A DNA stretch of 64,000 bases. It comes from Escherichia coli. Its GTDB lineage: Bacteria; Pseudomonadota; Gammaproteobacteria; Enterobacterales; Enterobacteriaceae. The stretch is taken from NCBI RefSeq assembly GCF_024223415.1, contig NZ_CP100500.1; one strand, given 5' to 3'. The position numbers were made by a program, and so were the translations under genes. The stretch's first letter is position 1, and each line of letters opens with the position of its first letter. This document shows positions 1-10,081 of the stretch, piece after piece. The notes below the pieces were generated by a model. It made no database searches. It had not been told where the DNA came from and saw nothing but the letters and a program-made list of their open reading frames with translations.

Positions 1-1
1 A

Positions 2-571
2 TTGCATGTGATTCTCGGATTATTGCATCTGAAGAGTTATAAGCAGTTGGAAGATTACATTCTCAAAACAGCCAATAACTATCAGGAAGAGATTGGCTCT
101 CTGCTGGGTAAGATCAAATCTCCGGTTATCGCTGGTTTTTTAATCAGCAAGATTAACCGCGCGACCGATTTAGGCCATACGCTGATTTTAAACAGTGAAA
201 GCCAGCTGCCAGACAGCGGCAGTGAGGACCAGGTCGCGACGCTGATTACCACATTGGGAAATCTGATAGAAAACGCGCTGGAAGCATTAGGGCCGGAACC
301 CGGTGGCGAAATTAGCGTAACATTGCACTACCGTCACGGCTGGCTGCACTGCGAAGTTAACGATGATGGACCGGGGATCGCACCCGACAAAATCGATCAC
401 ATTTTTGACAAAGGTGTCTCGACAAAAGGAAGCGAGCGAGGCGTCGGTTTAGCACTTGTCAAACAACAGGTAGAAAATCTCGGCGGCAGCATCGCCGTGG
501 AATCGGAACCCGGGATTTTCACACAATTTTTTGTCCAGATACCCTGGGACGGGGAGAGGTCGAACAGATGA
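2..571 (+). CDS. dcuS: C4-dicarboxylate sensor histidine kinase, C-terminal part (gene begins upstream of window)
   Basis: ORF 2..571 with HATPase_c motifs (NDDGPGI, GVGLAL); 4-bp overlap with the downstream response regulator; conserved dcuSR-dcuB-fumB synteny. Confidence 0.85.
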   Translation: MHVILGLLHLKSYKQLEDYILKTANNYQEEIGSLLGKIKSPVIAGFLISKINRATDLGHTLILNSESQLPDSGSEDQVATLITTLGNLIENALEALGPEPGGEISVTLHYRHGWLHCEVNDDGPGIAPDKIDHIFDKGVSTKGSERGVGLALVKQQVENLGGSIAVESEPGIFTQFFVQIPWDGERSNR

Positions 572-1287
572 TCAATGTATTAATTATCGATGACGACGCA
601 ATGGTTGCGGAGCTGAATCGCCGATACGTAGCACAAATCCCAGGCTTTCAATGCTGTGGAACAGCCTCGACGCTGGAGAAAGCCAAAGAGATTATCTTCA
701 ATAGCGATACGCCTATCGACCTGATATTGCTCGATATCTATATGCAAAAAGAGAACGGGCTCGATTTACTGCCTGTCCTGCATAACGCGCGTTGCAAAAG
801 TGATGTGATTGTCATCTCCTCCGCAGCCGATGCGGCAACCATTAAAGATTCGCTGCATTACGGTGTCGTGGATTACCTGATCAAACCCTTCCAGGCTTCC
901 CGCTTTGAAGAGGCGCTCACCGGCTGGCGGCAAAAGAAAATGGCGCTGGAAAAACATCAGTATTATGACCAGGCCGAGCTTGATCAGTTAATCCACGGCA
1001 GCAGCTCCAACGAGCAGGATCCTCGTCGCTTGCCAAAAGGCTTAACGCCGCAGACGTTACGCACGCTGTGCCAGTGGATTGACGCGCATCAGGACTATGA
1101 GTTTTCAACCGACGAGCTGGCTAACGAGGTTAACATCTCGCGTGTTTCCTGCCGTAAATACCTCATCTGGCTGGTCAACTGCCACATCTTGTTCACCAGT
1201 ATCCATTATGGCGTCACGGGGCGTCCGGTTTACCGTTACCGTATTCAGGCAGAACACTACTCACTACTGAAACAATATTGCCAATAA
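568..1287 (+). CDS. dcuR: C4-dicarboxylate response regulator DcuR (CitB family)
   Basis: 239-aa ORF, receiver domain (VLIIDDD...LLDIYM) plus C-terminal HTH; ATGA overlap with dcuS. Confidence 0.9.
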   Translation: MINVLIIDDDAMVAELNRRYVAQIPGFQCCGTASTLEKAKEIIFNSDTPIDLILLDIYMQKENGLDLLPVLHNARCKSDVIVISSAADAATIKDSLHYGVVDYLIKPFQASRFEEALTGWRQKKMALEKHQYYDQAELDQLIHGSSSNEQDPRRLPKGLTPQTLRTLCQWIDAHQDYEFSTDELANEVNISRVSCRKYLIWLVNCHILFTSIHYGVTGRPVYRYRIQAEHYSLLKQYCQ

Positions 1288-1857
1288 CGGATCGCTGGTT
1301 ATCTGTAAGTAATAATTATTACCGTAATGCAAAATACCCCTGGCACAAGTTACATCCTTCATCAGTAAAACTTGTGCCAGATCAAATATAATTATCCCTC
1401 CATCATCGCTAAAAATTAATATCTCTTCAGGTGAACGGTGTTTTTAATTTCAAAACGCTAACAAAAGTTAATTAACTATTATGTCACCCGCATTATGTGT
1501 ATTTTTACCCACAAATGGGTAGATCAGATTAATCTATAAACCTAATGACATCTGCCCTGAGAACAAAAAATAGACCGATAAATATCAATAAGATAACAGC
1601 AAACAAAACATTAACATCTGCGCAGTACAAACTATAAACCCATCGCCAGAGAGTCTTTCTCTCTGAAAAAGCCGCTTATCACAGTGCATAAATTTGCCGC
1701 TGCTTTAATCAGCCAATATTCACTGTGAGGTATTTGCTAAAGCCGGTAACGACCAAACGGATATTTAGTCAGGCTCTGAAAACAGTTCATACAAAACAGA
1801 ACGTGACTGTGATCTATTCAGCAAAAATTTAAATAGGATTATCGCGAGGGTTCACAC
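1288..1857 (+). promoter_or_regulatory. Long AT-rich regulatory region upstream of dcuB
   Basis: 570-bp non-coding AT-rich interval before the dcuB start; in E. coli dcuB has a complex promoter (DcuR, FNR, CRP, NarL). Individual sites not mapped here. Confidence 0.4.
1340..1380 (+). terminator. Hairpin downstream of dcuR (12-bp stem ctggcacaagtt / aacttgtgccag)
   Basis: Inverted repeat read by eye about 50 bp after the dcuR stop; no strong T-tract, so uncertain. Confidence 0.3.
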
Positions 1858-3198
1858 ATGTTATTTACTATCCAACTTATCATAATACTGATATGTCTGT
1901 TTTATGGTGCCAGAAAGGGTGGTATCGCGCTGGGTTTATTAGGCGGTATCGGTCTGGTCATTCTGGTCTTCGTCTTCCACCTTCAACCAGGTAAACCACC
2001 GGTTGATGTCATGCTGGTTATCATTGCGGTGGTTGCGGCATCGGCGACCTTGCAAGCTTCGGGCGGTCTTGATGTCATGCTGCAAATTGCCGAGAAGCTG
2101 CTGCGCCGCAACCCGAAATATGTCTCAATTGTCGCGCCGTTTGTGACCTGTACGCTGACCATTCTTTGCGGTACGGGTCATGTGGTTTACACCATTCTGC
2201 CGATCATCTACGACGTCGCCATTAAGAACAACATCCGTCCGGAACGTCCGATGGCGGCAAGTTCTATCGGTGCACAGATGGGGATTATCGCCAGTCCGGT
2301 GTCGGTTGCGGTCGTGTCTCTGGTTGCAATGCTGGGTAATGTCACCTTTGATGGTCGCCATCTTGAGTTCCTCGACCTGCTGGCAATCACCATTCCATCG
2401 ACGTTAATCGGTATCCTGGCGATCGGTATCTTCAGCTGGTTCCGCGGTAAAGATCTGGATAAAGACGAAGAGTTCCAGAAATTCATCTCAGTACCGGAAA
2501 ACCGTGAGTATGTTTACGGTGATACCGCGACGCTGCTCGATAAAAAACTGCCGAAAAGCAACTGGCTGGCAATGTGGATTTTCCTCGGTGCAATCGCTGT
2601 AGTCGCACTTCTTGGTGCTGATTCGGACCTGCGTCCATCCTTCGGCGGCAAACCGCTGTCGATGGTACTGGTTATTCAGATGTTTATGCTGCTGACGGGG
2701 GCGCTGATTATTATCCTGACCAAAACCAATCCCGCGTCTATCTCAAAAAACGAAGTCTTCCGTTCCGGTATGATCGCCATCGTGGCGGTGTACGGTATCG
2801 CATGGATGGCAGAAACCATGTTCGGTGCGCATATGTCTGAAATTCAGGGCGTACTGGGTGAAATGGTGAAAGAGTATCCGTGGGCCTATGCCATTGTTCT
2901 GCTGCTGGTTTCCAAGTTTGTAAACTCTCAGGCTGCGGCGCTGGCGGCGATTGTTCCGGTCGCGCTAGCGATCGGCGTTGATCCGGCATACATCGTGGCT
3001 TCAGCACCGGCTTGCTACGGTTATTACATCCTGCCGACTTATCCGAGCGATCTGGCAGCGATTCAGTTTGACCGTTCCGGCACCACCCACATCGGTCGCT
3101 TCGTCATCAACCACAGCTTTATTCTGCCGGGGTTGATTGGTGTGAGCGTATCGTGCGTCTTCGGCTGGATCTTCGCCGCGATGTACGGGTTCTTATAA
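1858..3198 (+). CDS. dcuB: Anaerobic C4-dicarboxylate antiporter DcuB
   Basis: 446-aa polytopic membrane ORF, recognised as DcuB; synteny with fumB. Confidence 0.92.
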
Positions 3199-3275
3199 AT
3201 GCACTTTGCGTGCCGCCCGTGACTACGCGGCACGCCATTTTCGAATAACAAATACAGAGTTACAGGCTGGAAGCT

Positions 3276-4922
3276 ATGTCAAACAAACCCTTTATCTACC
3301 AGGCACCTTTCCCGATGGGGAAAGACAATACCGAATACTATCTACTCACTTCCGATTACGTTAGCGTTGCCGACTTCGACGGCGAAACCATCCTGAAAGT
3401 GGAACCAGAAGCCCTGACCCTGCTGGCGCAGCAAGCCTTTCACGACGCTTCTTTCATGCTCCGTCCGGCACACCAGAAACAGGTTGCGGCTATTCTTCAC
3501 GATCCAGAAGCCAGCGAAAACGACAAGTACGTGGCACTGCAATTCTTAAGAAACTCCGAAATCGCCGCCAAAGGCGTGCTGCCGACCTGCCAGGATACCG
3601 GCACCGCGATCATCGTCGGTAAAAAAGGCCAGCGCGTGTGGACCGGTGGCGGTGATGAAGAAGCGCTGTCGAAAGGCGTCTATAACACCTATATCGAGGA
3701 TAACCTGCGCTACTCGCAAAACGCGGCGCTGGACATGTACAAAGAGGTCAACACCGGCACTAACCTGCCTGCACAAATCGACCTGTACGCGGTAGATGGC
3801 GATGAGTACAAATTCCTTTGCGTTGCGAAAGGCGGCGGCTCTGCCAACAAAACCTATCTCTACCAGGAAACCAAAGCCCTGCTGACTCCCGGCAAACTGA
3901 AAAACTTCCTCGTCGAGAAAATGCGTACCCTCGGTACTGCAGCCTGCCCGCCGTACCATATCGCGTTTGTGATTGGCGGTACGTCTGCGGAAACCAACCT
4001 GAAAACCGTCAAGTTAGCAAGCGCTCACTATTACGATGAACTGCCGACGGAAGGGAACGAACATGGTCAGGCGTTCCGCGATGTCCAGCTGGAACAGGAA
4101 CTGCTGGAAGAGGCCCAGAAACTCGGTCTTGGCGCGCAGTTTGGCGGTAAATACTTCGCGCACGACATTCGCGTTATCCGTCTGCCACGTCACGGCGCAT
4201 CCTGCCCGGTAGGCATGGGCGTCTCCTGCTCCGCTGACCGTAACATTAAAGCGAAAATCAACCGCGAAGGTATCTGGATCGAAAAACTGGAACACAATCC
4301 AGGTCAGTACATTCCACAAGAACTGCGCCAGGCCGGTGAAGGCGAAGCGGTGAAGGTCGATCTTAACCGCCCGATGAAAGAGATCCTCGCCCAGCTTTCG
4401 CAATATCCGGTTTCCACACGTTTGTCGCTCACCGGCACCATTATCGTGGGCCGAGATATTGCACACGCCAAGCTGAAAGAGCTGATTGACGCCGGTAAAG
4501 AACTTCCGCAGTACATCAAAGATCACCCGATCTACTACGCGGGTCCGGCGAAAACCCCTGCCGGTTATCCATCAGGTTCACTTGGCCCAACCACCGCAGG
4601 TCGTATGGACTCCTACGTGGATCTGCTGCAATCCCACGGCGGCAGCATGATCATGCTAGCGAAAGGTAACCGCAGTCAGCAGGTTACCGACGCGTGTCAT
4701 AAACACGGCGGCTTCTACCTCGGTAGCATCGGCGGTCCGGCGGCGGTACTGGCGCAGCAGAGCATCAAGCATCTGGAATGCGTCGCTTATCCGGAGCTGG
4801 GTATGGAAGCTATCTGGAAAATCGAAGTAGAAGATTTCCCGGCGTTTATCCTGGTCGATGACAAAGGTAACGACTTCTTCCAGCAAATCGTCAACAAACA
4901 GTGCGCGAACTGCACTAAGTAA
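3276..4922 (+). CDS. fumB: Class I (Fe-S) fumarate hydratase FumB
   Basis: 548-aa ORF, recognised class I fumarase; downstream of dcuB. Confidence 0.93.
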   Translation: MSNKPFIYQAPFPMGKDNTEYYLLTSDYVSVADFDGETILKVEPEALTLLAQQAFHDASFMLRPAHQKQVAAILHDPEASENDKYVALQFLRNSEIAAKGVLPTCQDTGTAIIVGKKGQRVWTGGGDEEALSKGVYNTYIEDNLRYSQNAALDMYKEVNTGTNLPAQIDLYAVDGDEYKFLCVAKGGGSANKTYLYQETKALLTPGKLKNFLVEKMRTLGTAACPPYHIAFVIGGTSAETNLKTVKLASAHYYDELPTEGNEHGQAFRDVQLEQELLEEAQKLGLGAQFGGKYFAHDIRVIRLPRHGASCPVGMGVSCSADRNIKAKINREGIWIEKLEHNPGQYIPQELRQAGEGEAVKVDLNRPMKEILAQLSQYPVSTRLSLTGTIIVGRDIAHAKLKELIDAGKELPQYIKDHPIYYAGPAKTPAGYPSGSLGPTTAGRMDSYVDLLQSHGGSMIMLAKGNRSQQVTDACHKHGGFYLGSIGGPAAVLAQQSIKHLECVAYPELGMEAIWKIEVEDFPAFILVDDKGNDFFQQIVNKQCANCTK

Positions 4923-4938
4923 CCTCTTCGGCCCAGCG

Positions 4939-4958
4939 CCTGGCAGCATGCTGCCAGG
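4939..4958 (+). terminator. Perfect palindrome cctggcagca/tgctgccagg after fumB
   Basis: 20-bp perfect inverted repeat 17 bp after the fumB stop, inside a larger ggcccag...ctgggcc repeat, followed by ctctttt. Confidence 0.35.
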
Positions 4959-5044
4959 TGATCCCCCTGGGCCACCTCTTTTGCGATTGTAATTTCACGC
5001 TTGCTGGTGAATAGTCAGTATTTTCCCTGACTTGCGAACTCACC

Positions 5045-5674
5045 ATGACCCGCACACTCAAGCCGTTAATTCTTAACACCGGCGCACTGGCGCTAACGTT
5101 AATCCTGATTTATACCGGCATTTCGGCCCATGACAAACTCACCTGGCTGATGGAAGTGACACCGGTGATTATTGTCGTGCCGCTACTGCTTGCCACCGCG
5201 AAACGTTATCCGTTAACGCCGCTGCTCTATACGCTCATTTTCTTTCACGCCATCATCCTGATGGTCGGCGGGCAATACACCTACGCGAAAGTCCCCATCG
5301 GTTTTGAGGTGCAGGAATGGCTGGGGTTGAGCCGTAATCCGTATGACAAGCTGGGGCATTTTTTCCAGGGGCTGGTGCCTGCACTGGTGGCACGAGAGAT
5401 CCTTGTGCGCGGGATGTACGTGCGCGGACGTAAAATGGTGGCGTTTCTGGTCTGCTGCGTGGCGCTGGCGATAAGCGCGATGTATGAATTAATCGAGTGG
5501 TGGGCGGCGCTGGCAATGGGCCAGGGAGCGGATGATTTTCTCGGCACCCAGGGCGACCAGTGGGACACGCAATCCGATATGTTCTGCGCGCTGCTTGGCG
5601 CATTAACGACGGTGATATTCCTCGCTCGCTTTCATTGCCGCCAGCTACGGCGCTTTGGCTTGATAACCGGATAA
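5045..5674 (+). CDS. yjdF: Inner membrane protein YjdF
   Basis: 209-aa hydrophobic ORF at the K-12-syntenic position between fumB and melB. Confidence 0.8.
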   Translation: MTRTLKPLILNTGALALTLILIYTGISAHDKLTWLMEVTPVIIVVPLLLATAKRYPLTPLLYTLIFFHAIILMVGGQYTYAKVPIGFEVQEWLGLSRNPYDKLGHFFQGLVPALVAREILVRGMYVRGRKMVAFLVCCVALAISAMYELIEWWAALAMGQGADDFLGTQGDQWDTQSDMFCALLGALTTVIFLARFHCRQLRRFGLITG

Positions 5675-5690
5675 CAACGTGCACTTTGTT

Positions 5691-5727
5691 GATGCCGGAT
5701 GCGGCGTGAATTCCTTATCCGGTCTAC
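5691..5727. repeat. REP (repetitive extragenic palindrome) element
   Basis: gatgccggatgcggcgtgaattccttatccggtctac matches the REP consensus family; between convergent yjdF and melB. Confidence 0.5.
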
Positions 5728-5812
5728 AAAATTTGCAAATCCAAAGCATTACATTAAGACGTGGCCTGATAAACATATCGCATCAGGCCATTTTCGTTAG
5801 CTATTGTCCACG

Positions 5813-7234
5813 TCAGGCTTTCACATCACTCACTGCACCGACCGGAATATCAGCATGAACAGGCTCGGGCGGTACTTTGCGATATTTATCCAGCAGATGA
5901 ATCTGGATCCTGCGCAGCGTGTCGCCATTGAGGCGATAGAAACGGAAGTAGAGAATCAGCGTTACCATGAAAAACAGAGTCGGTAGAGCAATCATAATAA
6001 ACTGCATACCTAATAGGGCTTGCGTAGACTGTTCAACATTCGGTACATAGCCAATCATCCCTAACACAACCGCAATGAAAAAAGCCGCAAAGGCTGAACC
6101 GCCCTTCACCACCATAGTCTGCACGGAGTAAGCGATGCTTTCACAGCGTACGTGCAGTTTATATTCACCGTAATCAACGGTATCTGCCACCATGATGACC
6201 TGTAATACCCAGAAAAGCGCCGTTCCCACATTCAGCAAAATACCCGCAATCACAATGAGGACGACGTTGTGATAGCTCATTAATGCCATTAACAGGAGAA
6301 CACCACAGCTTAACACCGGAAGAATAGATGCTCCGGCCCATAAAATGCGTCGGGATAATGATTTAACTAAGCGTGGGAAGAATACTAACGTCACCAGGTT
6401 AGCAGCTCCCGCATACGACAGATAATAGGGGAACAAATCCGCATCACCGATAACATATGAGAAATAATAGATAGCAAAGCCGGTAATAATGTTGCTGGCT
6501 ACATTATAAGCAAGAGCCATACCCAAGAGGCATGAAAGCTGATCGTTTTTATAAATAAGCGCAACGATGGCTTTAAGTGTCAGATGGCTTCCTTCAGCAG
6601 ACGGTTGATTGTCTGACGAAAAGACTTCATGCACATTGCGCAGAGTGATGATGGTTGAAACAATAAAAAAGGCGATCAGTACCAGTGTGAACATCTGAAA
6701 GCCAAATCCCCGATCGCCACCGCCGACATAATTAACAAATGGTAGCGTCACACCTGCCGTAACAAAGCCCGCCAGACTGGCAAAAAAACGCGGATAAGGA
6801 ACCAGTTGTTCACGCTCACGTTTATCGAGCGTGATGGTTGGAACCAGCGACCAGAAGGGAATATCCATAATGGTGTAAGTCATGCCCCAGAGGATGTAGG
6901 TCACGCAAACAAAGACAATCTGAGTAGTACCTTCAAACAGATGCGCACTAAAGAGGAGAAATAAGATTACAGAGTTTGCCAACGTACCGATCAGGATCCA
7001 GGGTTTGAACTTACCCCATCGCGATCGCGTAGCATTTACAATCCATCCCATAATCGGATCGTTAATAGCATCCCAGATCCTCGCCACCAGAAACAAAGTA
7101 CCGACCAAACCCACAGACAGCCCGACGACATCGGTGTAGTAATACATGAGGTACATATACACAATGCCGATCGCAAAATCCTTCCCGAACGCTCCAAATC
7201 CATAACTGAGTTTTGTAGTCATTGAAATGCTCAT
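5813..7234 (-). CDS. melB: Melibiose:Na+ symporter MelB
   Basis: ORF 5813..7258; expected 473-aa protein begins at internal [16 protein letters not shown] (start set to 7234); GPH-family transporter. Confidence 0.9.
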   Translation of the reverse strand: MSISMTTKLSYGFGAFGKDFAIGIVYMYLMYYYTDVVGLSVGLVGTLFLVARIWDAINDPIMGWIVNATRSRWGKFKPWILIGTLANSVILFLLFSAHLFEGTTQIVFVCVTYILWGMTYTIMDIPFWSLVPTITLDKREREQLVPYPRFFASLAGFVTAGVTLPFVNYVGGGDRGFGFQMFTLVLIAFFIVSTIITLRNVHEVFSSDNQPSAEGSHLTLKAIVALIYKNDQLSCLLGMALAYNVASNIITGFAIYYFSYVIGDADLFPYYLSYAGAANLVTLVFFPRLVKSLSRRILWAGASILPVLSCGVLLLMALMSYHNVVLIVIAGILLNVGTALFWVLQVIMVADTVDYGEYKLHVRCESIAYSVQTMVVKGGSAFAAFFIAVVLGMIGYVPNVEQSTQALLGMQFIMIALPTLFFMVTLILYFRFYRLNGDTLRRIQIHLLDKYRKVPPEPVHADIPVGAVSDVKA

Positions 7235-7336
7235 AGGGTATCGGGTCGCTGTTACCAACGCCCGCCTTCTGTTATTGGTATCGTCAGAGGTGTGCGCCGG
7301 AATAAATCCCCCGGCGCAGTAGCGTTTAGTCGCGTT

Positions 7337-8692
7337 TTAACGGTGCAACCAGCCTGGCAGCCAGTCGCCGTGGGCGGCAATCAGGTCGTCAACAAGAGCA
7401 TATATTTCGTCAATGCCCAGCACGGCGGCAGTATGCGGGTCCATCATCGCGGCGTGGTAAACACGGTCGCGATTTTCCGTAAGAATAGCTTCGGTCAGCA
7501 GCGTCTGTACGTTAATGTTGGTTTGCATCAGGGCGGCCAGATGCGAAGGTAGCGTACCGACTTTGGTCGGCTGAATGCCATTAGCATCAACCAGACAGGC
7601 TACTTCCACGCAACATCCTTGTGGCAGGTTATCAATCAAACCATCGTTACGGACGTTGCCGTAAATCACACTCGGCTCGCCCGTCCAGATAGCGTTCATG
7701 ATTGTGCTGGCATATTCCCGTGACGGTTTAATATCAATCCGGGAGGCGTTCTTATACTCCTCCAGCTCTTTATGCCAGTTCGCCAGCTGCTCGACGCAGC
7801 GTTTCGGGTACTCATCCAGCGGTACTTTATAACGCTCAATCAAATCCTCACGACCTGGCTTAATAAACCACGGTGTGTACTCAGCAAAATGTTCTGACGA
7901 TTCCGTGACGAAATAGCCCAGCTTTTTGAACATTTCATAGCGCACAATATTCTGGCAGCGAGTATTGCCGTGAATATTCGGCTTCGGTGCCTGCCCTGCG
8001 TCATAAGCCGCCAGCAGTTCCGGGTAGAGATTCACGTAACTGCCGTCGGCGGTTTTACGCTCCAGCTCCAGGTAAAACGCCATATGGTTGATACCTGCGC
8101 AACGGTAACGCAGCGTAGCCGGGTCGATATTGAGGTCACGCGCCAGCTCTTCCGCCGTTCCCTGCACCGAATGGCACAGCCCGACCTGTTTGATATGCGG
8201 ATAGCGGGCATACATCGCCCAGGTATTCATCGCCATTGGGTTAACATAGTTGAGCATGGTGGCATCGGGGCAGACTTCTGTCATGTCCTCGCAAATTTGC
8301 CACAGATGCGGAATGGTACGTAGCGCGCGCATAATACCGCCCGGCCCCAACGTATCGGCAATGGTTTGTTCCAGACCATGCCGCTTACAGACCTCGAAAT
8401 CAGTCACCGTGCAAGGTTCATAACCGCCAATCTGAAATGCCACCACGACAAAATCGGCATCCTGTAAGGCTTCTTTCTGTTGGGTGTGGCAGGTGATTTT
8501 GCCGCTGGCCCCTGCTGAATCCATCAGCTTACGCACCACAATATGCGACTCTTCCAGGCGGGTGGGGTCAATGTCCATCAGGGCAATATGCGCCGTTTTC
8601 AGCGCCTCGCGATGGAACACATCACCAAGAATATTTTTAACGAAAATCGTCGAACCAGCGCCGATAAATGTAATTTTGGGTGCAGACATCAT
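7337..8692 (-). CDS. melA: Alpha-galactosidase MelA (NAD/Mn-dependent, GH4)
   Basis: 451-aa ORF with N-terminal Rossmann motif KITFIGAGS; upstream of melB. Confidence 0.92.
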   Translation of the reverse strand: MMSAPKITFIGAGSTIFVKNILGDVFHREALKTAHIALMDIDPTRLEESHIVVRKLMDSAGASGKITCHTQQKEALQDADFVVVAFQIGGYEPCTVTDFEVCKRHGLEQTIADTLGPGGIMRALRTIPHLWQICEDMTEVCPDATMLNYVNPMAMNTWAMYARYPHIKQVGLCHSVQGTAEELARDLNIDPATLRYRCAGINHMAFYLELERKTADGSYVNLYPELLAAYDAGQAPKPNIHGNTRCQNIVRYEMFKKLGYFVTESSEHFAEYTPWFIKPGREDLIERYKVPLDEYPKRCVEQLANWHKELEEYKNASRIDIKPSREYASTIMNAIWTGEPSVIYGNVRNDGLIDNLPQGCCVEVACLVDANGIQPTKVGTLPSHLAALMQTNINVQTLLTEAILTENRDRVYHAAMMDPHTAAVLGIDEIYALVDDLIAAHGDWLPGWLHR

Positions 8693-8764
8693 GCAGATCT
8701 CCTGGCTTGCTTGAATAACTTCATCATGGCAGGCGAATCTGCAGAAAACCTCCGGCTTCCAGGT

Positions 8765-8830
8765 TGAGCATTCCCATAAACTCAGATCCTGCGTGAAGCA
8801 GCAGTAAATCTGAATTTATGGGAATAATTT
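8765..8830. promoter_or_regulatory. melAB-melR divergent control region with inverted repeat (candidate MelR sites)
   Basis: ttcccataaactcagat ... atctgaatttatgggaa imperfect inverted repeat between divergent melA and melR; MelR is known to bind paired sites here. Confidence 0.4.
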
Positions 8831-8860
8831 ACCTGAAAAGCAGAGTTTTCGGCCTCATGA

Positions 8861-8935
8861 TGCTCGGACACTCCCCTCGCCCCTCTGGGAAGAGGGTGAA
8901 AACCGTGCTCCCACTCGCAGTCATCCTCCCTCACT
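8861..8935. repeat. GC-rich palindromic intergenic repeat (boxC-like), copy 1
   Basis: cccctcgcccctctgggaagagggtga...ctcccactcgc...cctccctcactcc; related copies at about 45862 and 54832. Confidence 0.4.
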
Positions 8936-8974
8936 CCTGCCATAATTCTGATATTCCAGGAAAGAGAGCCATCC

Positions 8975-9883
8975 ATGAATACAGATACGTTTATGTGCAG
9001 CAGCGACGAAAAACAGACCCGCAGCCCGCTGTCGCTGTATTCGGAATACCAGCGGATGGAGATTGAGTTTCGCGCACCGCATATCATGCCCACCAGCCAC
9101 TGGCATGGTCAGGTCGAAGTGAATGTGCCTTTCGATGGCGATGTGGAATACCTGATCAACAATGAAAAAGTGAATATCAATCAGGGACATATCACGCTGT
9201 TCTGGGCCTGTACACCGCACCAACTAACAGATACCGGAACCTGTCAGAGCATGGCGATTTTTAATCTGCCGATGCATCTGTTTCTCTCCTGGCCGCTGGA
9301 TAAAGACCTGATTAACCACGTCACTCACGGCATGGTGATCAAATCACTGGCTACACAGCAACTTAGCCCGTTTGAAGTGCGCCGCTGGCAGCAGGAATTG
9401 AACAGTCCGAATGAGCAAATTCGCCAGCTCGCCATTGATGAAATTGGCCTGATGCTCAAGCGATTTAGCCTCTCTGGCTGGGAACCGATTCTGGTCAATA
9501 AAACCTCGCGCACACACAAAAACAGCGTCTCGCGCCATGCGCAATTTTATGTTAGCCAGATGCTGGGCTTTATTGCCGAAAACTATGACCAGGCGCTGAC
9601 CATCAACGATGTGGCTGAGCACGTCAAACTTAACGCCAACTATGCAATGGGGATATTCCAGCGGGTCATGCAATTGACGATGAAACAGTACATTACCGCG
9701 ATGCGCATCAACCACGTTCGCGCGTTACTGAGCGATACCGATAAAAGTATTCTCGATATTGCCCTGACGGCAGGCTTTCGTTCAAGTAGTCGTTTTTACA
9801 GCACGTTCGGCAAATATGTCGGCATGTCGCCGCAACAATACCGCAAACTTAGCCAACAGCGCCGCCAGACGTTTCCCGGCTAA
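8975..9883 (+). CDS. melR: AraC-family melibiose operon activator MelR
   Basis: 302-aa ORF with C-terminal AraC HTH; divergent from melAB. Confidence 0.9.
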   Translation: MNTDTFMCSSDEKQTRSPLSLYSEYQRMEIEFRAPHIMPTSHWHGQVEVNVPFDGDVEYLINNEKVNINQGHITLFWACTPHQLTDTGTCQSMAIFNLPMHLFLSWPLDKDLINHVTHGMVIKSLATQQLSPFEVRRWQQELNSPNEQIRQLAIDEIGLMLKRFSLSGWEPILVNKTSRTHKNSVSRHAQFYVSQMLGFIAENYDQALTINDVAEHVKLNANYAMGIFQRVMQLTMKQYITAMRINHVRALLSDTDKSILDIALTAGFRSSSRFYSTFGKYVGMSPQQYRKLSQQRRQTFPG

Positions 9884-10081
9884 AGACGATATCAGTATCA
9901 GCCAAAAAAATAGTTTAGCCGTCGATAATAAGCAGTGAAAATAATTTAAAATAATCACATAACATATTGTTTATAAAAACAAATATTTCAAAAATGTTTG
10001 TTTTTCACGCGCTTTACAGCCCGAAAAGGCCGGAAGATACTTGCCCGCAACGAAGATTCCTTCATAACCGGGTAAGCAATG

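Noticed and set aside
5253..5684. 143-aa minus-strand Pro/Arg-rich ORF opposite yjdF
   Set aside because: Antisense to a hydrophobic membrane-protein gene; composition typical of the reverse frame of a Leu/Ala-rich gene.
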